Virus record (IMG/VR): IMGVR_UViG_3300048026_000549
Coordinates: 1-62,667 of that record
Strand: one strand, 5' to 3'
From: a virus
Taxonomy: Duplodnaviria > Caudoviricetes
Length of the DNA: 62,667 nucleotides
Shown here: one piece after another, positions 8,716 through 18,500 of the stretch
Layout of the letters: every line of letters begins with the position of its first letter
How positions within the stretch are numbered: the first letter of the stretch is position 1
Translations under genes and position numbers: made by a program
The notes under the pieces: model-generated
Told to the model about the DNA's origin: nothing
Seen by the model: the letters and a program-made list of their open reading frames with translations, nothing else
Databases searched by the model: none

Positions 8716-9015
8716 ATGGACGGAGAACCCGAACCTACGAAGCCCGAGGAACAAACGACCCTACTATGCACCGAGGAATGGTGCGTTGCCTGTGGCAACT
8801 GTGACTTCCCAGTGAGTCACAAAGCACAGGGACTATGGAAGACCGAAGAGGTACTTGACGAATGTTGGGAATGCGAAGAAGAAACAGATGAACCAATGTC
8901 TTGCAGTGACTGTGGAATTGAAGCCCACTGCCCCGACTGCTGGACGACCTGTGGTTGCGATGTTGGCGACCTTGCCTACGATGCAATGATGGACGACATT
9001 GGAAGTGGTAACTGA
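8716..9015 (+). CDS. Acidic multi-CxxC zinc-binding protein
   Basis: CVAC, CWEC, CSDC, CPDC; leaderless ATG 21 nt after TTGATATA. Confidence 0.7.
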   Translation: MDGEPEPTKPEEQTTLLCTEEWCVACGNCDFPVSHKAQGLWKTEEVLDECWECEEETDEPMSCSDCGIEAHCPDCWTTCGCDVGDLAYDAMMDDIGSGN

Positions 9016-9344
9016 TGATGCCAATAGACCAAGCACTGCTTGAACTCGCTGTGTTGACCGCTGTGGTATGGTTCCCATACGCAGACACCTACAACTACAT
9101 CTGCGAACTGCTCGACAAGGATTGAGCACCCCTCAGCGACGACGGCGCAACGGTCGAGAGCCGAACCCTTCCCCGCCTCGGCGGGGTTGGGTTCTCCCAC
9201 CAGTGAGATGGCCTTTACACTGAGGATTTCACGCCCGCCAAAAACACAAAGACTATGGTATATTGGGACAGCCAAGCACCACGCGAATTTTTGGCAAATT
9301 TTTTTTGGAAACATTGATAAGGTGGCGACCATACCATACAGAAC

Positions 9345-10712
9345 ATGGACTTCCAAGCCATCATCAGCGAGCATGACCCTAATGACTTCACATCCCGTAT
9401 GCAATTTGCCCGGCATTTGCACTCACTGTACCCGATGGTATCAGTGAAGGGTTGGGAGATGCGACTCATTCGGGCGGTATCTTCGGGTAAAGTACAGGGA
9501 AAGAACTCATACGAGTATGACGAGACCACCGATACCTACACAACGCACCTAACGGGCGTACCTGTTGTCAAGACTGGGGAAGAACACCGTAGCATGATGC
9601 TTGATTGGTCCAGTGGCATGTCCACCAGTGAGTTCTGTGTCAAGCACAACATACCGGAGATGCGGGCACGACAGTACCGTCAAGTTCACAAAATGACTCG
9701 GCACTCAGTCCCCGTGACAGATGAGCAATTGTTTGAGGCAGATGAACAGGATGGTCTTGTCGAAGAAATCCTTTCGTCCCGACGACAGACTCTCATGACC
9801 GAGATTGCTAAGAAAAAGCACAAGCAGTTGGTCAAGGACTCCAACAACTGGCAAATTCTCAAGTACGACTACTTGGCGCACATGGTGTCACTACAAAAGG
9901 CACCTAAGTCCGTGCCTAAGTTGAGCCTAAAGAAAGCAAAGAACCCATACGCTCTTGTCGTATGCCCTACTGATTTTCACTGGGGTAAGTACGGTTGGGT
10001 CGATGAGGTGGGAGAATCCTACAATTTTGAGGAAGCAAGGAAGCGACTCATGGAAAAGACCGAAACACTTGTGTCTCGTATCTCGACCAAGCCCGAGAAA
10101 ATCTTTGTTGGCGCTGGGTCCGATTGGTTCCATGTGGACAATGATGCTGGGCTCACGACCCGTGGTACGCCACAAGACATGTGTGCCACCCCTGCTGAAA
10201 TCCTTATCACCGGGTGCAAGTTGGCCCGTGAGCACATTGACATGCTACGACAGGTTGCTCCTGTTGAAATCGTTATGATGGCTGGTAATCACGACCGTCA
10301 CTCGTCCCTTGCGCTAATGATGTACCTATCTGCCGCATACGAGAATGTCAAGGATGTCGAAATAGTTATCACGCCAAACAACCGGCGCTACATCGAGTAT
10401 GGCAACACTATCCTCGGCTTCACTCACGGAGATGGACTTGGTAAGACTGCACTCGGTCCTCTCATGGCTGTCGAGGCTCGTGAGATGTGGGGCAACACCG
10501 AACACAAGATTTGGTTCCACGGCCACCTACATCACCAGCGAATGCACGAGAAGGATGGGTGCCTTATTATCCAAATGCCATCTCTCGCCGGTCACGACCG
10601 CTACCATGCCCGCTCCGGGTACACTACCAGCAAAGCAGGGCTTGCCGCATACCTTATCGACGACAAAGAGGGCTACATCGGCTCACTCTTCGCACCAGTA
10701 TCTCACGAGTGA
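9345..10712 (+). CDS. Calcineurin-like metallophosphoesterase with N-terminal HTH-like region
   Basis: DFHWG, SDWFH, GNHD, THGD, GHLHH motifs. Confidence 0.85.
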   Translation: MDFQAIISEHDPNDFTSRMQFARHLHSLYPMVSVKGWEMRLIRAVSSGKVQGKNSYEYDETTDTYTTHLTGVPVVKTGEEHRSMMLDWSSGMSTSEFCVKHNIPEMRARQYRQVHKMTRHSVPVTDEQLFEADEQDGLVEEILSSRRQTLMTEIAKKKHKQLVKDSNNWQILKYDYLAHMVSLQKAPKSVPKLSLKKAKNPYALVVCPTDFHWGKYGWVDEVGESYNFEEARKRLMEKTETLVSRISTKPEKIFVGAGSDWFHVDNDAGLTTRGTPQDMCATPAEILITGCKLAREHIDMLRQVAPVEIVMMAGNHDRHSSLALMMYLSAAYENVKDVEIVITPNNRRYIEYGNTILGFTHGDGLGKTALGPLMAVEAREMWGNTEHKIWFHGHLHHQRMHEKDGCLIIQMPSLAGHDRYHARSGYTTSKAGLAAYLIDDKEGYIGSLFAPVSHE

Positions 10713-10717
10713 TTAGC

Positions 10718-10861
10718 ATGGCACGGATTGTTAGAAAGACAATGAGACAATGCCAAAATTGCGGGCACACTACCGACTCACGATACAACAGTCACAAGAA
10801 CTGGTGTCCCATCAAAAAGAAAATGGTGTACTGCGGCTACATGAGGGTGGTTCGTGAATGA
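10718..10861 (+). CDS. Small zinc-finger protein
   Basis: MARIVRKTMRQCQNCGH...WC...YCG; ATGA overlap with TerL. Confidence 0.6.
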   Translation: MARIVRKTMRQCQNCGHTTDSRYNSHKNWCPIKKKMVYCGYMRVVRE

Positions 10862-12375
10862 GTATCACTAACTTTAATTTTCAGCGGTCGAAGTACGACA
10901 TTAAGCACTTCTATGAGTGGCTGTCCCCCGAGTACAAGTGGGCTGACCACATCGGTCAGTGGATGGAATTGTATAGTGAGCGCAAGGGTGCGTCAGTACA
11001 TCGTGTGTGTATTATCGCCCCTCGTTCCCACAGCAAGTCTGCTACACTGCGTGTCAAGTTGCTACACATGTGTCTATTCGAGGAACGCAACGGCAACCCT
11101 ATGGAAGTGTGGTTGTTCTCGGCATCTATTCGGCAATCAACCAACCGTCTTGAAGAAATTAAGACTGACATGCGCCGACACCCGGAACTACGCAAGTACC
11201 TCGATGAGCGCCGCTCTAACAAGCAAAGAATCTCGTTCACAAACGGTGCGTGGATTCAAGCCACAGGTGTGGGTTCCGCTATCCGTGGTGAGCACCCTGC
11301 TGTCGTAGCACTTGACGATGTACTGGCTGAGATGGGGGACATGACAATGGACTCCGTGCGAGAGTGGTTCAAGAAAGTCATTACGCCTATGCTCGACCCC
11401 GGTACATCGTTGTTCTGTGTAGGTACGCCTATGTCCCACACTGACCTATACCAAACCGAAATGCTGTCCGAGAAGGCAAAGGAAGTATGGAAGTCCGGTG
11501 TGTGGTCAGCATTCCCCAATTGGGATGAGCATAGAGCCAACCCCGAAGTAGAATTACTCCCACTCTGGCCCGAGTTCCGACCCACCGACTTTCTTTTGGA
11601 ACAAAAAATCAGCATGGACGACGACCTCGCCTTCGCTCAAGAGTATCTGTGCAAGGTCGTGGACGATGATGCCCAAGTCTTCAACAGGAACCTCATCCGA
11701 AAAAACATAGACATAAGTTCCGAGGGAGGTTTCAACGCTCATCTCGATGATGGTTCCCGGTTCGTTCTCGGTTTCGACCCCGCTCATGGTATTGGTAAAG
11801 ACTACTCCGTTTTAATATGCTTGCGGCAAGATGCGCAGGGCTATATCCACTTTGTTGATATGTGGCGTCGAAATGACTTCCCGCCGGACAAGCAAGCAGA
11901 TGTCATTATTGAGTGGGCCGACCAGTTCAAAGCGCCAGTAGCCGCAGAAGATGTAGGTTTCCAGCGACTGTATGAAACAGTCATTGAGCAAAAGGGTGCA
12001 GTTCTCGACTATCGTCCATCGAAAGCCTCAAATAAGGGACTGAAACAGGGGCTACTTAACCGGTTTAGGGTATGGTTCGAGAGAGAACTTATCATTTTCC
12101 CGTATGGTTCCGATGAAATACGCAAGAAAGTGGCAATCATTCTCGACGAACTGGAGAACCATGTATGGAAAGATGGCAACATTATTGATGTCGGCAAGCA
12201 CAACGATACAGTCATGGCATTCGCCCACGCCATCGACCAATTCAAAGCAAAGCGCATGGATTATATGCCTATGGCTACCGGAAAAAGTAGCATGGGTGGT
12301 TGGTCAAAAAATAAAAAACCGACAAAACAATCAAAAGTACGCAATACTCACGGTAAATATGTCGGATTTAGTTAA
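10858..12375 (+). CDS. terL: Terminase large subunit
   Basis: Walker A APRSHSKS, IRGEHP, Walker B ALDDV, GTP coupling motif, nuclease GFDPA and HNDTVMA. Confidence 0.95.
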   Translation: MSITNFNFQRSKYDIKHFYEWLSPEYKWADHIGQWMELYSERKGASVHRVCIIAPRSHSKSATLRVKLLHMCLFEERNGNPMEVWLFSASIRQSTNRLEEIKTDMRRHPELRKYLDERRSNKQRISFTNGAWIQATGVGSAIRGEHPAVVALDDVLAEMGDMTMDSVREWFKKVITPMLDPGTSLFCVGTPMSHTDLYQTEMLSEKAKEVWKSGVWSAFPNWDEHRANPEVELLPLWPEFRPTDFLLEQKISMDDDLAFAQEYLCKVVDDDAQVFNRNLIRKNIDISSEGGFNAHLDDGSRFVLGFDPAHGIGKDYSVLICLRQDAQGYIHFVDMWRRNDFPPDKQADVIIEWADQFKAPVAAEDVGFQRLYETVIEQKGAVLDYRPSKASNKGLKQGLLNRFRVWFERELIIFPYGSDEIRKKVAIILDELENHVWKDGNIIDVGKHNDTVMAFAHAIDQFKAKRMDYMPMATGKSSMGGWSKNKKPTKQSKVRNTHGKYVGFS

Positions 12376-12419
12376 AAATCGTCGTGATGTTCAAGTAGCA
12401 TACCACCTGTGCTGAGAAC

Positions 12420-13817
12420 ATGGCATGGTGGAATCCATTTTCGACGACCCCAGTAGTCGCTCAAGAAGAGGTACAGAAGATTGTGCCTATCACAAGCACT
12501 GCGAGCCGTCGAGCAGAAAACCCATTTACCGTTATGGCGGCTGGGATTGACGAAATAGTGAAACAAACCGAGCAACTTCGTGGGTCATTCGACCACACAA
12601 ATGAATTTGACCTGTATGACGACATGCTGAACTACGACCCGGAACTCAATGGGGCGGTACGAACCATCAGCCTAACAGCAAACAAGTATGAAATCCTCGG
12701 TGGTAAGAACTCAGCCATCCGAAACGCCATCACGACACTCACGCAAGAAGTCCTTGACTTCGACGACCTGCTCATCAACGGTATGAGAAACCTCATGGTG
12801 TACGGCAACGACATCTCAAAGATGGTAGGTAAGACTGGGACTGGCATCACTGACCTACAATCCCTACCAATCTCACAAATGACTGCCCTTGACGACCGTA
12901 GTGCTTCGACACAAACCGACAAGGAGAACGCTATCCTGTCAGCAACCCGCTACATCCTCCGTGAGCAGGTCCGTGACCCACAAGAATACCCAGCAGATGA
13001 AATCCTACACATCCGTATTGACTACCGGTCTAACTGGTTCCGTGACCGATTGGGTCGGTGGACCTATGGTGTATGGGGCGCATCCCGATTCACTGCTCTC
13101 AAGCAAGCAATTCGTGCCAAGTACAACAGCATGAACAACCGCATCGCTCTCGAAGACTCATTGACCAAGCAATACATCACCATTGGTCCCGAGGCAGTTG
13201 AGAATATCAGCGACCCCGACGAAGCCGCAGAACGACTCCAGTATGTCATTAACAATGTGGGGACGCTATTGGACGGACTACGCTCGGACCAAGTACCTAT
13301 CCTCCCCCACTATGTTAAGATGGAGTTCGTGGACCTCAAGAATACTGTGCCCGATAACTCCGGGTTCATGGATTCAGTCAACGCTGACATCTCATCGGTA
13401 CTCCATGTGCCACGAGTCAGTATGGGACAAGAGCGAGGCTCGACCTTCGCCGCTACCTACAACGCAAGTCAGTGGTCAGTTCAAGCAATTCGCCGCCTAC
13501 AATCAATCCTTGCACAATCTATGCAGGGTCTGTTCTCAAAGCACTTGGAACTACTCGGTATTGCACACACCAACGCAGACCTACCGAAAGTTGTATTCCA
13601 ACCGCTCGATGAAGAATCTCCATTCGAGCAAACACGCAGAACAACTATGGCTTATGAGGCTGGAATCACAACTCTAAACGAAGCAAGATTCGATATTGGG
13701 CTCGGTCCCGAAAAGGGCAACTTAGGGAAACAACGATATGTCAAGTCGAAGTCCCCATCAAGTACAGGAGAGTTGCCCCGTGAAAACGAAAATAAACCCC
13801 CGGAAGAGAGTGAGTGA
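12420..13817 (+). CDS. Portal protein
   Basis: 465 aa directly after TerL; LMVYGN, EILHIR, LHVP, GITTLNEAR portal-like motifs. Confidence 0.9.
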   Translation: MAWWNPFSTTPVVAQEEVQKIVPITSTASRRAENPFTVMAAGIDEIVKQTEQLRGSFDHTNEFDLYDDMLNYDPELNGAVRTISLTANKYEILGGKNSAIRNAITTLTQEVLDFDDLLINGMRNLMVYGNDISKMVGKTGTGITDLQSLPISQMTALDDRSASTQTDKENAILSATRYILREQVRDPQEYPADEILHIRIDYRSNWFRDRLGRWTYGVWGASRFTALKQAIRAKYNSMNNRIALEDSLTKQYITIGPEAVENISDPDEAAERLQYVINNVGTLLDGLRSDQVPILPHYVKMEFVDLKNTVPDNSGFMDSVNADISSVLHVPRVSMGQERGSTFAATYNASQWSVQAIRRLQSILAQSMQGLFSKHLELLGIAHTNADLPKVVFQPLDEESPFEQTRRTTMAYEAGITTLNEARFDIGLGPEKGNLGKQRYVKSKSPSSTGELPRENENKPPEESE

Positions 13818-13818
13818 A

Positions 13819-14229
13819 ATGAGAGACACCAAAGGCAAATCGTTCAATGACCGTATGGTACAGCGCACTGTGCTACCAGCGATTTATTTGTGGCTTGCCG
13901 CCGCTGGCGCAGTTGTCGCAATGGGTATTTGGAAACCCGATGTGGTTCTCGAAAACCTTGACGGCTTCATTGCTCTTATTGCTATCATTGGTGGCGTTGC
14001 CGCCCCAGCACTTAACACAGTGCTTCGTATGTGGGAGTCCGAGCAGACTGTCGAAATCGACAACATCGCTGTTGAACTCAAGCACGACCGAGAGCGAGCA
14101 CAAGACCAGCACATACATGCTATGGGCTTGGAGAAAGAACACCAACTACACGCACACGATGTTGAGAAGCATGAAGTGGGAATCACCATAAAGAACAAAG
14201 TAGTTCCTATGGGCAAAGATAAGAAGTGA
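13819..14229 (+). CDS. Two-TM membrane protein with His-rich tail
   Basis: Two hydrophobic helices followed by a His-rich charged C-terminus. Confidence 0.7.
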   Translation: MRDTKGKSFNDRMVQRTVLPAIYLWLAAAGAVVAMGIWKPDVVLENLDGFIALIAIIGGVAAPALNTVLRMWESEQTVEIDNIAVELKHDRERAQDQHIHAMGLEKEHQLHAHDVEKHEVGITIKNKVVPMGKDKK

Positions 14230-14233
14230 TACT

Positions 14234-16345
14234 ATGACAGAAGAAGCAGAAGTAGTGGAAGCACTACAATACGGCAAGCCGGGCAAAGACGATAAGCGCA
14301 AGACGCCCGCTAAACCAAGCGAGCGCCGCAAGGGTTCTAAGAAAAACAAGAAGGATTCGGCAAGCAAGCCCAACGACTCAATCAAGATGAGTGAGTCAAC
14401 TGAGGCCAGCATTCGCAAGTTAATGGAAGAGCACAACAAGAAAGACAAGGGTAGCAAAGCCTCTATGGGTATGCTAAAGTCAGTCTTTCGTAGGGGTGCT
14501 GGTGCTTTCAGCCGGAGTCACGCTCCTAACATGTCAAGAAACGGCTGGGGTCTTGCTCGAGTCAAAGCATTCCTATACCTTTTGCGAAACGGACGACCCA
14601 GCAACCCGAACTACAAGCAAGACAATGACCTTCTGCCAAAGTCCCATCCAAGAGCCGAAGAAGAATATGAAGATTGGGGTGAGCCTTTTGCCGCCGCCGA
14701 GTATCAAGGCAAAAAGGTCACTCTAAACAAACCATTCCGCACACAAGGTGGAAAGAAAAAGTTCGCCGTGTATGTACAGAACGGAGCAGGTCGAGTTATC
14801 ATCGTGCGCTTTGGCGACCCTAACATGGAAATTAAGCGTGACGACCCTAAGCGTCGAAAGGCATTCCGTGACCGACACGACTGTGCTAACAAGAAAGACA
14901 AGACCACACCCGGCTACTGGTCATGCCGCCAATGGTCCACAAACAAAGTCGAAGCCAATGCTGATAAGTCGGAAGAGTCCGTCGAGAGTAGTATGGGTTG
15001 CGGCGAAGTGGAAGCAGACTGTGGCTGTGGTTGCACAGGTCACTCAGTCGAAGCGGCTGAACCTAAGCCATCCGCCAATGAAACCCACGATGAGTACATG
15101 ACTCGTTGTCAAAAGGCTGGTTATTCCAAAGAGGAATGTATGGCCGCACACGAAGGCCACTCTTTCAAGGAAGAAGCCGCATACCACGACGATGAAAAGA
15201 AAATGAAAGCATCGGAGTGCGACGACGAATGTCCTATTGGCCAAGAGATGGTCAACGGGGAGTGCATTCGTGTTGCAGTCACCTGTGAAATCGAAATCGA
15301 CAGTATTGAGACTCGCATCGAGGCGAGCACCGGCAAGAGCGTCATGCGTATCACCGGTATTGCATTTACTGATGGAGTCAATAAGAACTCGTGGGGCATT
15401 CGCCCTGCTCTCGCACAGCGCCTTACCAACGATATGGTTGGCGCAGATGTGACACTCAACCACCCTAAGTCCGAGATGGGTCGCTTCCGACGCAACATGG
15501 ATGGCGGTGTGGATGAGGCTACTGTCGGTGTTGTCACCGAAGCATCATACCACCAAACAAACACTGGGTACCAAGTTCGATATGTAGCAGAAGTTCACCG
15601 AACAGAACTATTTGCTTCTCTTGAGTCTGGTCTATGGATGCGCCCCGAGTACGGCGTGTCAATTGGCGGCACAGGAATCCCAAGTGAAATTGTAGAAGCC
15701 ACCGAAGAAGGTGGACGACCAACCATGTGGTTCGCTGACGACTTTGCCTTTGACCATCTTGCTATTGTGCACCGCCCGGCGTACCCCGAAGCAAACATAG
15801 AATCGGTCAAAAAGGTCGAGGCATCAACAATGCTTAAGTACCAACCCGATGGTAGCACGGTTCAGTCGAAGGTGAATAAAATGACCGAAGAACAAATTGA
15901 ATCAACCGCATCCGAATTGGAAGCACTACAAGCAGAACTCGTCCTACGAGAAGCAAAAATTGCAGAATTTGAAGCCGCAGATGTCGCACGAGCAGAAGAC
16001 GCTCGTCTTGCTCTCGTTAGCAAGGCAACTGAAATGGGCCTAAAGGGTCACGAAGACTTCACTGCTGAAACACTTAACTCAGTTATCGCATCTTGGGAAT
16101 CCTCCCGACCTGCACCAGTCGCAGAACCTGCTGTCGAAATGGCACCAGTTGCACCAGCAAGCGAACCAGCAGTGGCTTCCGAAGAATCCGCTGAACCTGT
16201 TATCGCTAACTACCTAAATGGAAAGATGGTAGAATCCTCCGAATCCCTGTACGCACGATGCTACAACAGTTGGGCTAACGCCTACAACACTGTTATGGCT
16301 GGAGCCGACATGCAAAAGGCTAAATTGTACGAGGAACTTAACTGA
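14234..16345 (+). CDS. Polyprotein: basic internal-head-type domains + prohead protease + scaffold
   Basis: Protease motifs VTLNHP, VGVV, GVSIGG, DHLAIVHRPAYPEA; C-terminal coiled coil; lies between portal and MCP. Confidence 0.85.
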   Translation: MTEEAEVVEALQYGKPGKDDKRKTPAKPSERRKGSKKNKKDSASKPNDSIKMSESTEASIRKLMEEHNKKDKGSKASMGMLKSVFRRGAGAFSRSHAPNMSRNGWGLARVKAFLYLLRNGRPSNPNYKQDNDLLPKSHPRAEEEYEDWGEPFAAAEYQGKKVTLNKPFRTQGGKKKFAVYVQNGAGRVIIVRFGDPNMEIKRDDPKRRKAFRDRHDCANKKDKTTPGYWSCRQWSTNKVEANADKSEESVESSMGCGEVEADCGCGCTGHSVEAAEPKPSANETHDEYMTRCQKAGYSKEECMAAHEGHSFKEEAAYHDDEKKMKASECDDECPIGQEMVNGECIRVAVTCEIEIDSIETRIEASTGKSVMRITGIAFTDGVNKNSWGIRPALAQRLTNDMVGADVTLNHPKSEMGRFRRNMDGGVDEATVGVVTEASYHQTNTGYQVRYVAEVHRTELFASLESGLWMRPEYGVSIGGTGIPSEIVEATEEGGRPTMWFADDFAFDHLAIVHRPAYPEANIESVKKVEASTMLKYQPDGSTVQSKVNKMTEEQIESTASELEALQAELVLREAKIAEFEAADVARAEDARLALVSKATEMGLKGHEDFTAETLNSVIASWESSRPAPVAEPAVEMAPVAPASEPAVASEESAEPVIANYLNGKMVESSESLYARCYNSWANAYNTVMAGADMQKAKLYEELN

Positions 16346-16361
16346 ATAAGGAAGTGAAAAA

Positions 16362-16817
16362 ATGAACTATGTACAGCCTCTAAACGCAACTTTGAAAGAC
16401 GCAGAAATCGTCCGTTCCGCTGGTCGCCTATTGACTATGGACGGAAGTACCAACACACTCGAAACCACAGATGTGACCGATGTCTGTATCGGTGTCGCAG
16501 TCGAAGAATCCTCCCGTGACTCACTACAAGTGTACGAAACCACAGGAGCAACTGTGTCCTACTACCCATTGACCGGTATCTTGCTCGTGCAAGTTGATGC
16601 CGCATCAACCTTCAACATTGGCGATACCGTCTATGTCGGAGGCGCTGGTCTTGCTACATCCACCGCAGGGTCCAACAAGAAGTTGGGACTCTATGTGGGC
16701 GAATCCGCTCACGCCGCTACTGCTCTCTCAGCCCCACTTGGTGGAAACGACGGACAATCGGGTGCCACAGAAGGTGCTCTCATCCGTGTGAACACCTCAC
16801 ACGCACAGATTGCTTGA
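16362..16817 (+). CDS. Capsid cement/decoration protein
   Basis: CIGVA..., GDTVYV, KLGLYV pattern; directly upstream of MCP. Confidence 0.7.
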   Translation: MNYVQPLNATLKDAEIVRSAGRLLTMDGSTNTLETTDVTDVCIGVAVEESSRDSLQVYETTGATVSYYPLTGILLVQVDAASTFNIGDTVYVGGAGLATSTAGSNKKLGLYVGESAHAATALSAPLGGNDGQSGATEGALIRVNTSHAQIA

Positions 16818-16850
16818 GGCTGATTGAAGAAAAATAAGGAAGTGAAATAT

Positions 16851-17762
16851 ATGGCTAACAAATCCCTCGAAGAACTACTTGAAGTGACTGCCGCAACCGG
16901 ACCATTCGGTAAAGGTGACGCTGTGCTCGAACAAACCCTCCGTGACTTTATCCAACTACAATCCACAACGATTGCAGTCGGAACTCAAGTCGTCGGTGTC
17001 CGAACTGTCCCGTGGCTCCAATTTACTTGGTACACTGGTGCAGAAGGAACATTCACCTACCCCCTCGACGATAACGCAGTCGTGGACCCGACCAAGATTG
17101 GTACCAAGAACTACTCCGTTAAGTTGGAGAAAGGTCAAGGCCGCTGTATCTTCCTCGACTCCACACTACTTCGTGGAGAAACATGGGAGAACATGAACCG
17201 ACAGCAAATGGCTATCGTTCAAGCCCGTGCTGACCTCATCGACAACCACATCCTCTCCAAGTTGATTGGTGGCGCTGGTCAAACCCAAGCCGCAACCGCT
17301 GTTTGGGGAACCGGTAGCGCAGACGAAGAGCAAGACATCCTCGACTCGATGGACAAAATCTTCGCAAACGCTCGTGTGTCCGGCAATGAACCATTGTCGC
17401 TCATCCTTCCAGCAATCTGCCGTGCTCAAATGTTGAACACTCGCCTTTACACGAATGTTCTCCAGTCTCTCCAAGAGCGATTGAACACCATGATTAACCT
17501 CAAGGTGTACTACACTCGAGACTTCGACACTGGCAAGGCACTCGGTAAGGACGCTCTTCTCTTGATTGGCGGCTCGCAGACTGCTGAGTTCTTCACCTAC
17601 AACGGTGACGGATTCACCGAAACAGAACTCACTCGTATCGAAGGTGTCGGCTACTCTTGGCTACTCACCTCCTACATGGGCTCAGTGATTCACGAGATGC
17701 AAGATGGTGCCGCCGCTGGTACTAACAACCGCATCGTCAAAATCACCGGCGTTATCGCTTGA
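16851..17762 (+). CDS. Major capsid protein (HK97 fold, inferred)
   Basis: 303 aa at the canonical position; C-terminal IVKITGV; AGGAAGTGA RBS. Confidence 0.85.
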   Translation: MANKSLEELLEVTAATGPFGKGDAVLEQTLRDFIQLQSTTIAVGTQVVGVRTVPWLQFTWYTGAEGTFTYPLDDNAVVDPTKIGTKNYSVKLEKGQGRCIFLDSTLLRGETWENMNRQQMAIVQARADLIDNHILSKLIGGAGQTQAATAVWGTGSADEEQDILDSMDKIFANARVSGNEPLSLILPAICRAQMLNTRLYTNVLQSLQERLNTMINLKVYYTRDFDTGKALGKDALLLIGGSQTAEFFTYNGDGFTETELTRIEGVGYSWLLTSYMGSVIHEMQDGAAAGTNNRIVKITGVIA

Positions 17763-18130
17763 TGGTGTTGCTCTTGAATAAGGCGCAACTCATTAAACGA
17801 CTAAAAGCAAAGGATGTACCCGTCCCCAAAGACGGGTCTATGACCGAACTCAAGCATAGGCTTGAGCATTGGGATGGAGGAAAGGGCTTCCTTTTCCGAC
17901 TGGCTATACCAGCGGGTCGGAGAGGGAACGACAACCCTGCAACTATGCTTGAACATGGTGTCCTATACTGGGTACCTAACAGCAGATTCGCTCGAATGAT
18001 TGCCGAAACCCAACTGGTGTTTATCATTGGTCGTGAGATGGATGTACCAAAGAGTGCAACCGTGCTTGATGTACCAAAAGACTTTAACAACAGATGGGGA
18101 ATAGGTGAATCTAATGGCAGTGACGAGTGA
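17762..18130 (+). CDS. Hypothetical protein with SAP/HeH-like N-terminus
   Basis: NKAQLIKRLKAKDV...GSMTELKHRL; TGATG coupling to MCP. Confidence 0.55.
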   Translation: MVLLLNKAQLIKRLKAKDVPVPKDGSMTELKHRLEHWDGGKGFLFRLAIPAGRRGNDNPATMLEHGVLYWVPNSRFARMIAETQLVFIIGREMDVPKSATVLDVPKDFNNRWGIGESNGSDE

Positions 18131-18494
18131 TAACATTCGGGATGTCCTTAACAGGCCGAGAGGCTTGAACGAGGGTACTATCTCCGAGATGATAACCATT
18201 CGGACCAACGAAGTCAACAAGATGGCTCGTGGCACTAACTACAATGTGTCTTCTGCTGTGGACACTGACCTCAAGGAAGGTGCAATCAAAATGCTGGTTG
18301 CTCTTGACTGCCTTAACATTCTCATTGATACCGTTCCGACCTATTATAGTGAAGACCAGCAAAGTGTGTACGACAGACGGTTTCAGCAACAAATTGTGAC
18401 CTTTCAGCGACGGGCTGATGAGGCCGTGGCTTTGATTGCTGAACAAGGCACTGCGACTTTTGCGACAGGTAGTAGCAAGACTCGCTTGGTGTGA
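18114..18494 (+). CDS. Putative head-tail adaptor
   Basis: ~126-aa helical protein after MCP; GGTGA RBS. Confidence 0.5.
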   Translation: MAVTSDNIRDVLNRPRGLNEGTISEMITIRTNEVNKMARGTNYNVSSAVDTDLKEGAIKMLVALDCLNILIDTVPTYYSEDQQSVYDRRFQQQIVTFQRRADEAVALIAEQGTATFATGSSKTRLV

Positions 18495-18500
18495 TTGTGA

